A DNA stretch of 64,000 nucleotides from an uncultured Actinomycetota bacterium (GTDB lineage: Bacteria; Actinomycetota; Actinomycetes; Propionibacteriales; Propionibacteriaceae). Below, in pieces: positions 10,377-19,901 of the stretch (position 1 is its first letter; every line of letters starts with the position of its first letter). The position numbers were made by a program, and so were the translations under genes. The notes beneath the pieces are model-generated. The model was given only the letters and a program-made list of their open reading frames with translations, was not told the origin of the DNA and searched no databases. Where the stretch lies: the NCBI GenBank assembly GCA_963840505.1, contig CAWIZB010000018.1:73292-137291 (forward strand), given 5' to 3'.

Positions 10377-11638
10377 TCATGCCGCGAGGTCGACCGACGA
10401 TTGTGCGGAGAGCGCCTGTGCGGCTCCGTGCCTGGTGGGGTCGTAGGGCGTGTTGTTATGCCAGCAGCGCCAGATCACTCGGATCCAGGCACGGGCGAGG
10501 ATGCGGACGGCGTGGGGGTGGTCTTTGCCGGCTGTGCGGGCCTCGTTGTAGATCTTCGCCGCCCAGGGGCTGGCGTGTCGGCTGTTGTCGGCGAAGGTGG
10601 TGATGGCCGCGCGGAAGCGTTTGTTGCAGGCCCAGCGGAAGTGGACCGCGCTTGTGTTTGCCGGAGGCCTTGGTGACTGGTGTGCAGCCGGCGAGCGCGG
10701 CGATGGAGTCCGGTGTTTCGTAGGCTTGGCGGCAGTCGCCCCACTCGGCGAGCATCTGGGCGGCGTTGATCTGACCCGACCTTGGCAGCGACGTGAAGAT
10801 CTTCCCGTCCGGGTGCTCCCCGAGCCGGGCGGCGACGGATTGGTCGAGGTTCTTGACCGCGGCGTTGACGGCGCCGTCACCACGCCGGCCAGGGCCAGCA
10901 CGGCGTGGTGCAGCGCCGACGGTGAGGTGCGGGTCGGTGGCGCCGGCCGGGCGCCGCTCGCAGCCGAGTGAGCAGTTCGGCGGCGGGTCGTCTGCCGGAG
11001 TAGCCGCGGGCGGCGCAGAACCCGGCGATGCGTTTCTCGCCGAGGTGGGCTGCGGCGGTCGGGGTCGGGTAGCGGTTGAGGAACTCCAGGGCGATCTTGG
11101 ACTCCAGGTCGGCGAAGATCGCAGTGGCCCCGGGCCAATAGGCGTCCAGCAGCGCAGTCAGCTGGTTGACCGCAGCGACCCGCATTTGCACCAGGTCGTC
11201 GCGGGTGCGGACCACAGTGCGGACCGCCTTGGTCTCGCCGGAGTACGGCGTGGCGACGGTCAGCCGGTGCCGCCGCAGCCGCAAATATTCCGCGATCACC
11301 GCGGCGTCGGCGGCATCAGATTTGGCGCCGGAGAGCACCTCGCCCTCGCGCCAGGTCTTGATCGCGTTCGGGCTAACCGGCACCACCGGGTGCCCGGCCT
11401 CCAACAGCAGGTCGACCAGCCGGCCGTCGGGGCGTTCGATCCCGATCGGGACGTCGATCGGCTCGCCGAACTTGGCCAGCCGACGCACCAGCAGGACGAT
11501 CCCGTCGGCGGAATGCTCCACGGTGAACTGCGACAGCACCTTCCCTTCGATGTTGATCACGCACACGGCGTGGACCTGAGCAGCCCAGTCGACGCCGACG
11601 AAGAACTCAGCGGGGGGGCAGGGCAAGAGACAAAGCAA
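10377..11638 (-). CDS. IS110-family transposase/recombinase, frameshifted at several points (~10960, ~10800, ~10590)
   Basis: FFVGVDWAAQVHAVCV, IGIERPDG, AKSDAADA (DEDD/RuvC-like); C-terminal VHFRWACNKRFRAAITTFADNSRH. Confidence 0.9.
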
Positions 11639-11639
11639 C

Positions 11640-11860
11640 TCCTCACAATGGCAGCGACGTCGACTCGGCGGCGACGAGGCCAGCTACTCGGGCGGTCACT
11701 AACCGGCGCTCTACGGCGCTGCTCCCTGTAGCCGATCTCCAGCCCCGCGAGAACCGGGGGCGGTGGTGTCATGAAGGCCCTCGAAGAGCGACCACCACAG
11801 ACCGTCACCCCGGCTCCCGCCGAGTCCCAACAGCAAGCACCGTAACGGTGCCTACTAGAA
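11640..11860 (-). ncRNA. Putative IS110 bridge (guide) RNA region
   Basis: ~220-nt noncoding stretch upstream of the transposase with 8-9 nt matches to the element's downstream end; position matches established IS110 architecture. Confidence 0.55.
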
Positions 11861-11875
11861 AGAGGGTGCCCTAGT

Positions 11876-12027
11876 GACCGCCAGCATCCCGGCGATGCCT
11901 TAGGGATGGTAGGACGGCGGGTTTCCACAGGTCTGCTCGATTGTTGCCGACTGTCGTCCTTTCTGACTCGATGGCAGCGGGAGGGGTGAATGAGCTTTCA
12001 GCGGATGGATGTTGACACCGCCGAGAC
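11876..12027 (+). repeat. Diverged repeat copy B (partner at 5342-5494)
   Basis: See copy A. Confidence 0.8.
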
Positions 12028-12346
12028 ACTGGCGGGGGTGGTCCGGCTGCTGCGCCGGGCAGCTGAGCTTGTGTGGGTTGCTGTGGACGCCGAGGGTGTC
12101 GGGTCGCCTCGACAGGTGCTGGGGTTGGGCATCGACTTGGCCGGGGACGAAGCGCGCAACCTCTTGCCGGACTGGATTTCAGTCGACGGGCCTGTGCCGA
12201 TCGGGGAGGAGCCGGCCGGTCTCCTCCGCTCTGCGGAGCAGTTGCTGCGGCGCGCCGCGATCCCGGGAGGCTGGCCCGCGCTTGATGGTCTGCGGGCCCG
12301 GCTGGCCGCCCTGGTGTGGGAAGCGAACACCAGTGTCGACGGCTGA
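12005..12346 (+). CDS. Hypothetical protein (113 aa)
   Basis: ORF overlapping the start of the next gene; strong GC3 bias. Confidence 0.7.
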   Translation: MDVDTAETLAGVVRLLRRAAELVWVAVDAEGVGSPRQVLGLGIDLAGDEARNLLPDWISVDGPVPIGEEPAGLLRSAEQLLRRAAIPGGWPALDGLRARLAALVWEANTSVDG

Positions 12347-13799
12347 CCGGCGCACGATCGAGGAGCTGCTGGCCGAAAGTGACGCGCTGGCCCGCGAGAC
12401 GCTCCTCGACGCAACTCTCGAGCACGCGCCGGGGATGGTGAGGAGCTGGAATCAGCTGGTCGGGTCCGCTGCCGAGCTGTGGTCCGTGTTGGTTTCCGCG
12501 CCGGATAGCCCGTCCGGCTCGGATCAGATGGAGCGGTTGCGGGCAATCGGGGAAGCGATCGGCAGCAGCGTCACCAGCGGGCACTGGCCTGGGCACGGAC
12601 CAACTGATGAACACCTGACGCAGATCGCGGACAACTTTTCACGGGCGCGGCATTTGGTCGAGCGCCACGGCCGCCCCTCGGAGCCAGCAAACCCGGAAAG
12701 GAATGCCGACAGCCGACATGCTCAGGGCCAGATAATGCACACGCTGTATGTGGCCGCACACGGGACGGCGGTCGCACTCGGCGCATATGTCACAGACCTG
12801 CAACACCGACTGGAGGTTGCCACCCGCCGGCGGCAGCCGATGGCTGACCGGCCAACCGCCCTAGAGATCACCACGGCTCAGGGCGTCATCGCGCGGTTCG
12901 CCGGATTTGAGCAGCTCGCGACGGCGTACATGTTCGGGCCCCCTTCAGCGGATCCTGGACAGCTGAGAGCGGCGGCACCGGCCACACGGCTGGAAACAGC
13001 GCTGGCCGCCTGGGAGGTTCAGGCTCACCGCACCCTGGCCGCAAGTCCGGATCCGGCCGATTTAGTGCGGGTGGCCCGCGTCCACGCGTTCATCACCAGC
13101 ACCACAAGCATCGTCACCGAAGCCGCCGGCACAACGGGCCACATCGATCGCGGTCTGATCCAGCGGCTGGTGCCGACGCTGGAAGCCAACCAGGTTGCCT
13201 GGAGCCGTTTGGCCAAACGCTGGGGCGAACTCACCAGCCCAGCCAGCCGCACCGATCCCGCGCTCGTTGCCGCAGCCAGTGAGGTCCGCGCCGCGATCGC
13301 GGCCACCGCCACCAACCGGACCGGATGGGCTACCCCCGACCAGCTCGCCAGCCGCGTCGACCTCAACAACACCGTAAAGACCCTTCATCTCAGCATCGTC
13401 GCGTCCGTCGACATTGCCCACGTCGCCCGAGATACCGCAGCCGACCACCCGGGTCTTACCGGTCCTGCGCGCATCATCGGCATGAGATCCCAAGGGGAGG
13501 CCGAGATCGCGATCGAGCAAGGTGAGACGCGCTACGAAGGCGTCACCTGGACCACCCCCCAGCAAATCGAGGCCAATCAACTGATCCCGCTGCCAGAGCC
13601 AGCCAGGCGCGGGCTGATCAACCTCGCCGACGACGTCATCGCCACCACAAACCGGGCTGCAGCCGCGGCTGCCCAAGTCGACCCCAGCAACCTCACGCGA
13701 TCAATCAGGTCCGATCCTTCGACGCGCCACGGACAATCATTCGAGTCCCTTCAGATCAACCGCCCACAAAATCCAGTGCCAAAAGGACCACGCCGGTGA
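12333..13799 (+). CDS. Hypothetical all-helical protein (~488 aa)
   Basis: Long ORF; GTG start (MSTADRRTIEELLAESD) overlapping the upstream gene. Confidence 0.75.
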   Translation: MSTADRRTIEELLAESDALARETLLDATLEHAPGMVRSWNQLVGSAAELWSVLVSAPDSPSGSDQMERLRAIGEAIGSSVTSGHWPGHGPTDEHLTQIADNFSRARHLVERHGRPSEPANPERNADSRHAQGQIMHTLYVAAHGTAVALGAYVTDLQHRLEVATRRRQPMADRPTALEITTAQGVIARFAGFEQLATAYMFGPPSADPGQLRAAAPATRLETALAAWEVQAHRTLAASPDPADLVRVARVHAFITSTTSIVTEAAGTTGHIDRGLIQRLVPTLEANQVAWSRLAKRWGELTSPASRTDPALVAAASEVRAAIAATATNRTGWATPDQLASRVDLNNTVKTLHLSIVASVDIAHVARDTAADHPGLTGPARIIGMRSQGEAEIAIEQGETRYEGVTWTTPQQIEANQLIPLPEPARRGLINLADDVIATTNRAAAAAAQVDPSNLTRSIRSDPSTRHGQSFESLQINRPQNPVPKGPRR

Positions 13800-14036
13800 T
13801 ACTGCCTGCCACCGCCCGAGCAGAACGCGGCAGCCTCAGATGGCGCAGGACCCACTGCCAACGATTCGCGCACCTGGGCACGACCTTGCTACGCGTCAGA
13901 AGCCGCAATGGAGATTTTGATCCGCGGCTCCGGAGGAAATCGACCAGGCAGGAAAAGGAACACGTTTCCCAACCTCGCTGCCTGGTGGCGATTTTCGCGG
14001 ACTCCATGCGGCGGCCTCCAGTTAGGTCGTGATCGT

Positions 14037-15146
14037 GTGGCCTCAGTCGAGAAGCGCCCGGATGGTAAATGGAGAGCTAGATACCGGCCAGTGCCTGGCG
14101 GCCGGCAAATCGCCAGGCACTTCCAGCGCAAGATCGACGCCGAACGCTGGCTCACAGAGCAGCAGAGCAGAGTCAATCGAGGGGATTGGACGGCTCCCGA
14201 ATTGGGCCGGATCACGGTCAACGAGTGGGCCGAGACTTGGCTGGCCTCTAAGAAGACCCTGAAGGGTCGTACTTATACAAGTTACGAGAGTGTGTGGCGA
14301 ACGCTGGTCAAGCCTCGCTGGGGCGATACCCGCCTTGATCGAGTTACCCATGGCGAGGCCGTTCGCTGGGTTGCCGAATTGACCGAGCGGGGTCTGTCGC
14401 CGTCGAGGATCACCCAAGCTCTGCTGTGCCTAAAACAGGTACTCGCTCTGGCAGTCATGGATGGCCGGCTGGCGAGGAATGCCGCCGAGCACGTCAAGCC
14501 ACCGAGGCCGCGAAAGGCTGAGCCGCGGTTCCTCACTCATGAGCAGGTGCATGACCTCGCAGAGGCGTGCCGCCAGCATCGGGTCTTTGTCTTAACTGCC
14601 GCATACACCGGGCTGCGCTGGGGCGAGCTGCGAGCCCTACGTGTAAAGCGCATCGATCTTGAACGAGGTCGAATTGACGTTGTTGAAGCCATGCCGGAAC
14701 GGTCTCTAGAGCTGGACACGCCGAAGAACCACAAGCGCCGAACGGTGCCGGTCCCAGGATTCGTAATCGATGGGCTTGAGAAGCACATCCAAGGGAAGGC
14801 GCCTGACGATCTCGTCTTTACTAACTCAGCCGGGAGGATGCTTGACAACACAAACTTTCGTCGCAACATCTGGAACCCAGCAGCCAGGTCGATTGGCCTG
14901 GATGGCTTCACACCTCACGATCTTCGCCATACAACAGCTTCGCTGGCGGTCAGTGCGGGAGCGAACGTCAAGGCTCTGCAGCGCTTGCTCGGCCATGCGT
15001 CAGCGTCGATGACCTTGGACGTTTACAGCGCACTCTTTGACAGTGACCTGGATGCCGTTGCCGAGCGCTTGGGCAAGGCCGCTGAGGACAGGCTGAGGAC
15101 TCGGGGTGCGAGAGTCGCAAGTCTGGACGCCCGAACAGTGCTGTGA
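14037..15146 (+). CDS. int: Tyrosine recombinase/integrase
   Basis: MASVEKRPDGKWRARYR arm-binding N-terminus; YTGLRWGEL, HDLRHT, LLGH, TLDVY catalytic motifs. Confidence 0.95.
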   Translation: MASVEKRPDGKWRARYRPVPGGRQIARHFQRKIDAERWLTEQQSRVNRGDWTAPELGRITVNEWAETWLASKKTLKGRTYTSYESVWRTLVKPRWGDTRLDRVTHGEAVRWVAELTERGLSPSRITQALLCLKQVLALAVMDGRLARNAAEHVKPPRPRKAEPRFLTHEQVHDLAEACRQHRVFVLTAAYTGLRWGELRALRVKRIDLERGRIDVVEAMPERSLELDTPKNHKRRTVPVPGFVIDGLEKHIQGKAPDDLVFTNSAGRMLDNTNFRRNIWNPAARSIGLDGFTPHDLRHTTASLAVSAGANVKALQRLLGHASASMTLDVYSALFDSDLDAVAERLGKAAEDRLRTRGARVASLDARTVL

Positions 15147-15149
15147 CTA

Positions 15150-15224
15150 GGGAATCCTCAGTTTCTTTAACCAGGACCGCGACGGTTTAAAAGTCCGCAG
15201 CTCTGCCAATTGAGCTAGAGGCCC
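15150..15224 (-). tRNA. tRNA-Lys(UUU): intact 5' half, degenerate 3' half (att junction or pseudo-tRNA)
   Basis: GGGCCTC-TA-GCTC AATTGGCA GAGC-T-GCGGA CTTTTAA is canonical, with anticodon TTT at 15191-15189. Downstream ACCGT..CCTGGTTAAAGAAACT GAGGATTCCC lacks TTCGA and a pairable acceptor stem. Confidence 0.8.
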
Positions 15225-15460
15225 GCGGGACGCCGGCAGCGGCGTCACGCCTCAGATAGTCTGGCAGATCCCCCGTGTAATCCCAGTGCGGCCAGTGCAT
15301 TCCTGTGAAGGACAGAGACCTTTACACGCTCCCGGGATGCCGTCCTGTGCGCCTGGTGGCGTCCAGCGAAATGGAGCGCGATGCAAACGGAAGGATGCCA
15401 GAGCCAACCACGACTCCGAATGCACACAGCCGACAGGCGAAGCAGATAACCTGGGGCGGT

Positions 15461-15664
15461 GTGGGGGCAAGACAAAAGGCTGACCTAGCTGAGCTAGCAG
15501 ACTGGGTAGAGGGACTCCGCGCGGCGGCACATGCCGCACGCGAGGAAGGCAACATCACGCTAGCTGAGGCGTTGGAGATCACCCGCTTCGAGGTCTATGA
15601 GGGCTACCTCGATGAGGAGTTGGAGTACCAACAGAGCCAGGCAACTGCTCGACGTAGCCGCTAG
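15461..15664 (+). CDS. Small acidic hypothetical protein
   Basis: ADLAELADWVEGLRAAAH...EVYEGYLDEELEY amphipathic helical pattern; start uncertain. Confidence 0.35.
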   Translation: MGARQKADLAELADWVEGLRAAAHAAREEGNITLAEALEITRFEVYEGYLDEELEYQQSQATARRSR

Positions 15665-15794
15665 CCGCTTCTGCCCACACTCGCAAGGGACGCGAGATCG
15701 CCGCCAAGCTGCTCGACAGCCTCGGCGCGCGCAACAGTCACGACCACAGCACCCGCTAGGGTCGCACCCAGTGATGCCGGAGAGGGGCGAAGCC

Positions 15795-16016
15795 ATGAGT
15801 GGCCATGTGTACGGACTGTCCGAGATCGTCGGTACCTCCAAAGAAGGACTTGACGACGCCATCCGCGTCGGGGTGCAGCGCGCGGCACGTACGGTGCGAG
15901 GCCTTGACTGGTTCGAGGTCACCGAAATCCGCGGGCATCTGGCCGACGGCGAGATCGAGCACTTCCAGGTCACACTCAAGATCGGATTCCGGATGGAGGA
16001 TCCGACGGAGGCCTGA
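15795..16016 (+). CDS. Dodecin (flavin-binding)
   Basis: HVYGLSEIVGTS..DAIR..A.RTVRGLDWFEV.EIRG..FQVTLKIGFRM. Confidence 0.92.
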   Translation: MSGHVYGLSEIVGTSKEGLDDAIRVGVQRAARTVRGLDWFEVTEIRGHLADGEIEHFQVTLKIGFRMEDPTEA

Positions 16017-16107
16017 ACGCCTTCGCGCTTGTGCGCGGGAAAGACAGCGATCCGCCGACTTGAGCGGGCCATCTCGCGGCTTGTGCGCGCAAACGATCCC
16101 GTACCAG

Positions 16108-17250
16108 CTACCCGCCAGCCAGCTTGACCAGCGCGGGAACCACATCAGCGGGGGAGGGCATCGCCGCAATCTCATCGCGCAGCCGGGCGGCAGTCTGACG
16201 CTCAGGCGCGTCACCGAGAAGCGCCTGTACCGCCTCGCCGATTGCGCCTGGCTGCTGAGCGTCGTTTGGCAGCGCCTGCGCTGCGCCCGCGGCCGTCAGG
16301 ATCTCGGCATTGAAGAACTGGTCCGCGCCCTGCGGCAGCAGCAGCTGCGGCAGCCCGGCCTCGAGAGCGCTGAGCACCGTACCCGTCCCGCCGTGGTGGA
16401 CGATGAGGTCGACCAGTGGCAGCACGGCCGACTGAGCCACAAACCGCTCGACGTACACGTTGTCCGGTACCTCGCCGAGCGCGGCAGGCTCGCCTTCCGG
16501 CCCGACGGCCACCAGCACGTCCACATCGAGCGCAGCAATCTCAGCTACCGCACGGCTGAGCACCTCGACGGCGCCGAACGCAACGGTGCCGAGCGTGAGA
16601 TAGACCCGGGGTCGGGTACGCGTCTCGCTGAGCCATGCCGGCACCTCCGCAGTGGACTCGTTGTAGGCCACCGCGCGGATCGGAATGATCACGTCCTCGC
16701 CGTCGCCCGAGTGTCGCAGCGTCGGCGGCACCGGGTCGATCATTGCCGCAGCCAGCAGGCCAGCTCCCTCGGGCGGCGTACGCCCCCGCTGCAGCCACAC
16801 TTCGCGTTGATAACCAGCGGTCGCACCATGCAGCGCGCCGTAGAAGAAACTCGCCAGGGCAATCGCGTACGCCACCGCTGGAATTCCGAGGACACTCGCC
16901 GCCACACCGGCGCCGGTGTTCATCGCCTCGTAGATCACCAGATCAGGGCGCAACCGCTCACATTGTTCGATCATGGTCGGGGCAACTGACTCGGCGGTCA
17001 CGTCAGCGAACATGGCCATGCTGAAGTCCTGATCGTGCAGATCGGGATGGCGTCGTCTGGCTTCCTGGATCGCCCAGTCCAGTTCAAGGTCGGGCGGATA
17101 CCCGGGAACAGTCGGCAGCGGCAACCGTCCAACGAACGGCGGTCCGGTTGCGATCACCGGCTCATGATCGAAATCCGCACACGCCAGCGCCAGCGGCATC
17201 ATCGGGTACAAGTGCCCATACGCGCCGAGCGAGGCGAACATGATCTTCAC
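16108..17250 (-). CDS. GT1-family glycosyltransferase (EryCIII/MGT-like)
   Basis: GAYGHLYPMMPLA N-terminus; VHHGGTGT..LPQGADQFFNA C-terminal signature. Confidence 0.9.
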   Translation of the reverse strand: MKIMFASLGAYGHLYPMMPLALACADFDHEPVIATGPPFVGRLPLPTVPGYPPDLELDWAIQEARRRHPDLHDQDFSMAMFADVTAESVAPTMIEQCERLRPDLVIYEAMNTGAGVAASVLGIPAVAYAIALASFFYGALHGATAGYQREVWLQRGRTPPEGAGLLAAAMIDPVPPTLRHSGDGEDVIIPIRAVAYNESTAEVPAWLSETRTRPRVYLTLGTVAFGAVEVLSRAVAEIAALDVDVLVAVGPEGEPAALGEVPDNVYVERFVAQSAVLPLVDLIVHHGGTGTVLSALEAGLPQLLLPQGADQFFNAEILTAAGAAQALPNDAQQPGAIGEAVQALLGDAPERQTAARLRDEIAAMPSPADVVPALVKLAGG

Positions 17251-17323
17251 GTCGCCATGCTGTCAGATAGCGAGGCGGCGGCGCACAGCGAGACTCGACA
17301 CGTCGCAAAAGCAGAATGCGATC

Positions 17324-17977
17324 ATGAACCTCATGCCCACCCTTCCGCTCACACCAGATGAGTTGCTGACCACGACCCGCACCGTCCGCAGACGCCTCGA
17401 TCTCACCCGTCCAGTGCCGCTCGATCTCGTACGCGAGTGCCTGGAGGTGGCCCTGCAAGCGCCGTCGGGCTCCAATCGGCAAGGCTGGCATTGGATGGTG
17501 ATCACCGACGAGAACACCCGTCGCGTGATCGGCGACTACTATCGCCAGTCCGTCGCGTCGTATCTCAACTCACCGGCCTCGGCCGCGGCGCTTTTCGCAG
17601 ACGATCCGGAGCGCGGTGCGGTACAACGACGAGTGGGTGACAGCGTCGCCCACCTCAGCGAGCACATGGGTGAGGTGCCCGTGCTGGTGATTCCATGCAT
17701 CAGGGCCCCGCGCCTGAGTGCCGGCAGCCAGGCCAGCCTGTGGGGTTCGCTGCTTCCCGCGACATGGAGCTACGTGCTCGCGGCTCGCGCTCGCGGATTG
17801 GGTACGGCGTGGACAACACTGCATCTGCGGTACGAAAAGGAGATCTCGGAACTTCTGGGGATGCCGCCCGACATCCGGCACGGCGCCCTCATTCCCACCG
17901 CCTACTACACCGGTGACACCTTCAAGCCGGCACCACGCCAACCGCTGGACGACGTGCTACACGTCAATGGTTGGTGA
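17324..17977 (+). CDS. Nitroreductase family protein
   Basis: LLTTTRTVRRRLD, APSGSNRQGWHW, ARGLGTAWTT. Confidence 0.9.
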   Translation: MNLMPTLPLTPDELLTTTRTVRRRLDLTRPVPLDLVRECLEVALQAPSGSNRQGWHWMVITDENTRRVIGDYYRQSVASYLNSPASAAALFADDPERGAVQRRVGDSVAHLSEHMGEVPVLVIPCIRAPRLSAGSQASLWGSLLPATWSYVLAARARGLGTAWTTLHLRYEKEISELLGMPPDIRHGALIPTAYYTGDTFKPAPRQPLDDVLHVNGW

Positions 17978-18893
17978 GGAACCGGTCGGTCTCTTCGGCA
18001 GTCGGTGAAGTTGCCGGACCCCGACGGGTGACAGTCAGGGCCGCGACCCCGTTGGCGCGCTCGGCCGCAGCCGAGGCGCCGAGTCCGGTGGCTAGCCCCG
18101 CGATGAAGGCACCGAGGTGAGCATCACCGGCGCCAGTTGTGTCAACGATCGTGACAGGTACGCCAGGCACATGCACCACCGCTGATCCCCGTTGTGCCAC
18201 TAGGCATCCCGACATCCCCAAACGGACCACGACACTCCCGCGCCGCAGCCGGGTCATCAGCTCGACCGCAGCTTCTACAGCGTTGGCGCAACCCGTGGCC
18301 AGCGATGCCTCCCGTTCGCTGCAGCTCCACCAGTCGACCCGCCGACGTACGGCCTCCGCGACCTCCTCAGGAATGGTGTGACCGAGCGGCCCGGGGTCGT
18401 AGCAGACCGTGGTCTCCGGCGAGAGTCGGGGAAGCCGCTCCAGAATGGCACGCCGGTTTTCGTGGTGGAGCAGCCCATAGCCAGAGATTGCGAGGGCGTC
18501 GGCGGGCCGGATTTCGACGTGATCGAGCCGCTGACGAGTGACCCCGGCCTCGGCACCAACCGCGGTCACAAAGGTACGTTCGCCGTCCGCTTCCACCAGC
18601 ACGACATCGAAGCCGGTGTCTCGTTCCTCGTCCGCAGCATCGGGAAGCAGCAGCGCAATAGCCTCAGCCTGCAACGCCCGACGGGCTAGATCACCAAACG
18701 GACCGTGCCCGAGCGCGCCGGCGTATGCCACGTCCAGGCCCTGTCTGGCCGCCGCAGCCATGAGGTTGAAGCCGCCACCGACCTCGAGCGCACCTCTCGA
18801 GGCGAGCACGTCGCCGCCGCGTTCCGGCAGCTCCGGCACCTCTGCGACTACATCGATGATCACGTTGCCGACGCTGACCAACCGGGTGATCAT
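17964..18893 (-). CDS. PfkB-family carbohydrate kinase
   Basis: GGGFNLMAAAARQG; VDTTGAGDAHLGAF PfkB signature. Confidence 0.92.
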   Translation of the reverse strand: MITRLVSVGNVIIDVVAEVPELPERGGDVLASRGALEVGGGFNLMAAAARQGLDVAYAGALGHGPFGDLARRALQAEAIALLLPDAADEERDTGFDVVLVEADGERTFVTAVGAEAGVTRQRLDHVEIRPADALAISGYGLLHHENRRAILERLPRLSPETTVCYDPGPLGHTIPEEVAEAVRRRVDWWSCSEREASLATGCANAVEAAVELMTRLRRGSVVVRLGMSGCLVAQRGSAVVHVPGVPVTIVDTTGAGDAHLGAFIAGLATGLGASAAAERANGVAALTVTRRGPATSPTAEETDRFLTNH

Positions 18894-19891
18894 GGACCGG
18901 CGCGCAGTGCCAGCAGCTTCTCGGCGATCGCGTCCAGATCCAGCTCGTTGGTCTCGCGGACCGTCTGGACGGCGTCGGCAGGCCAAGCGTCCATGCCATG
19001 ACAGGCGCCTGCGATCGCTCCAGCCATCGCAGCAATCGTGTCGCTGTCCCCGCCGAGCGAAGCCGCTGTCAGGCATGCCTGCCATGGGTCATGGGGATGC
19101 AGTGCGAGCACCGCGAAGGCAGCCGGTACCGATTCCTGCGTGGCCAGGCTGGTCCCAACCAGTTCGACGACATCGCGTACCGAGCGGTCATGATCAGTTG
19201 CGTCGACCAGCCCAATTGCCCAGGCGATCCGGCGCGCAACTGCCGCCCCAGCCACCCATTGGCCTCGCCGCTGACCTATCTCGGCAGCCCGGATCCCGAG
19301 CGTCGTAGCCTCGGCGACGGACGCCCCGCCGATGCCGCCACTGACGGCTGCTGCCACCGCCGCCGCGCCAGCAATCGCCACACCGGTGTGGTGGGTCACC
19401 CGGGACGCCTCGACAACAAGATCAACAAGCGCATCAAGATCACCGGTGGAGATGATCAACCCAACAGGAGCGATCCGCATCGCCGCCCCGTTGGTCGCTC
19501 CAAAACGTCCGACCTCGTCCAGCGGGCCACCTGCCACGAGAGCCGCGACTGCCGCACTGCTCGAAGGACCCAGCAGATCCAGCGATCCTCGTTCCCGCGC
19601 GCGCTCCGCCCAGTTCAGCAAGCGCCGCGCGAGATCCTCGCTCTCGATATGGCCACCGCCGACGAGCAGAGCATCGGCCAGCAGCAACGCCTGCTCCGTG
19701 TCGTCGGTGATCGAGCCGGCTGGCAGCCCCGCTGCGATCAGGTGGTCTGCGGGCGGTTCGCGAAACCCGTCGAGGACACCGAAGCAGGCAGCGACCTCTT
19801 CATGCGACATGAGCTGGGTCGGCATGCCGAGTGCATCGCCGATCGCAAGGCCATACAGGGCGCCCCGGGCCCGGTCGACGGCCGTGATCAT
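18890..19891 (-). CDS. ADP-ribosylglycohydrolase family protein
   Basis: LAIGDALGMP, SITDDTEQ, ATNGAAMR, GGDSDTIAAMAGAIAGA. Confidence 0.93.
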   Translation of the reverse strand: MITAVDRARGALYGLAIGDALGMPTQLMSHEEVAACFGVLDGFREPPADHLIAAGLPAGSITDDTEQALLLADALLVGGGHIESEDLARRLLNWAERARERGSLDLLGPSSSAAVAALVAGGPLDEVGRFGATNGAAMRIAPVGLIISTGDLDALVDLVVEASRVTHHTGVAIAGAAAVAAAVSGGIGGASVAEATTLGIRAAEIGQRRGQWVAGAAVARRIAWAIGLVDATDHDRSVRDVVELVGTSLATQESVPAAFAVLALHPHDPWQACLTAASLGGDSDTIAAMAGAIAGACHGMDAWPADAVQTVRETNELDLDAIAEKLLALRAGP

Positions 19892-19901
19892 CTGGCCGTG
19901 C

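Larger units (their letters stand above)
10355..11860 (-). mobile_element. IS110-family insertion sequence (ends approximate)
   Basis: DEDD transposase, no terminal inverted repeats, long upstream noncoding region, TTGACA just inside the downstream end (10369-10374 on -). Confidence 0.85.
1..15190. mobile_element. Integrative mobilizable element / genomic island (right part), bounded by a tRNA-Lys(UUU) att-like site; left end outside the window
   Basis: Tyrosine integrase ends ~40 bp from the anticodon loop of a tRNA-Lys. The region also carries a MobF relaxase, Prim-Pol, IS110 and phage remnants. Gene content becomes ordinary chromosomal beyond 15225. Confidence 0.8.

Noticed and set aside
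13796-14032. Excisionase upstream of the integrase
   Set aside because: The 78-aa ORF lacks a helix-turn-helix or MerR-like pattern and has non-coding-like composition.
15100-15190. Group I intron in the tRNA-Lys anticodon loop
   Set aside because: The integrase stop codon lies ~40 bp away, leaving no room, and no intron core or downstream exon is visible.
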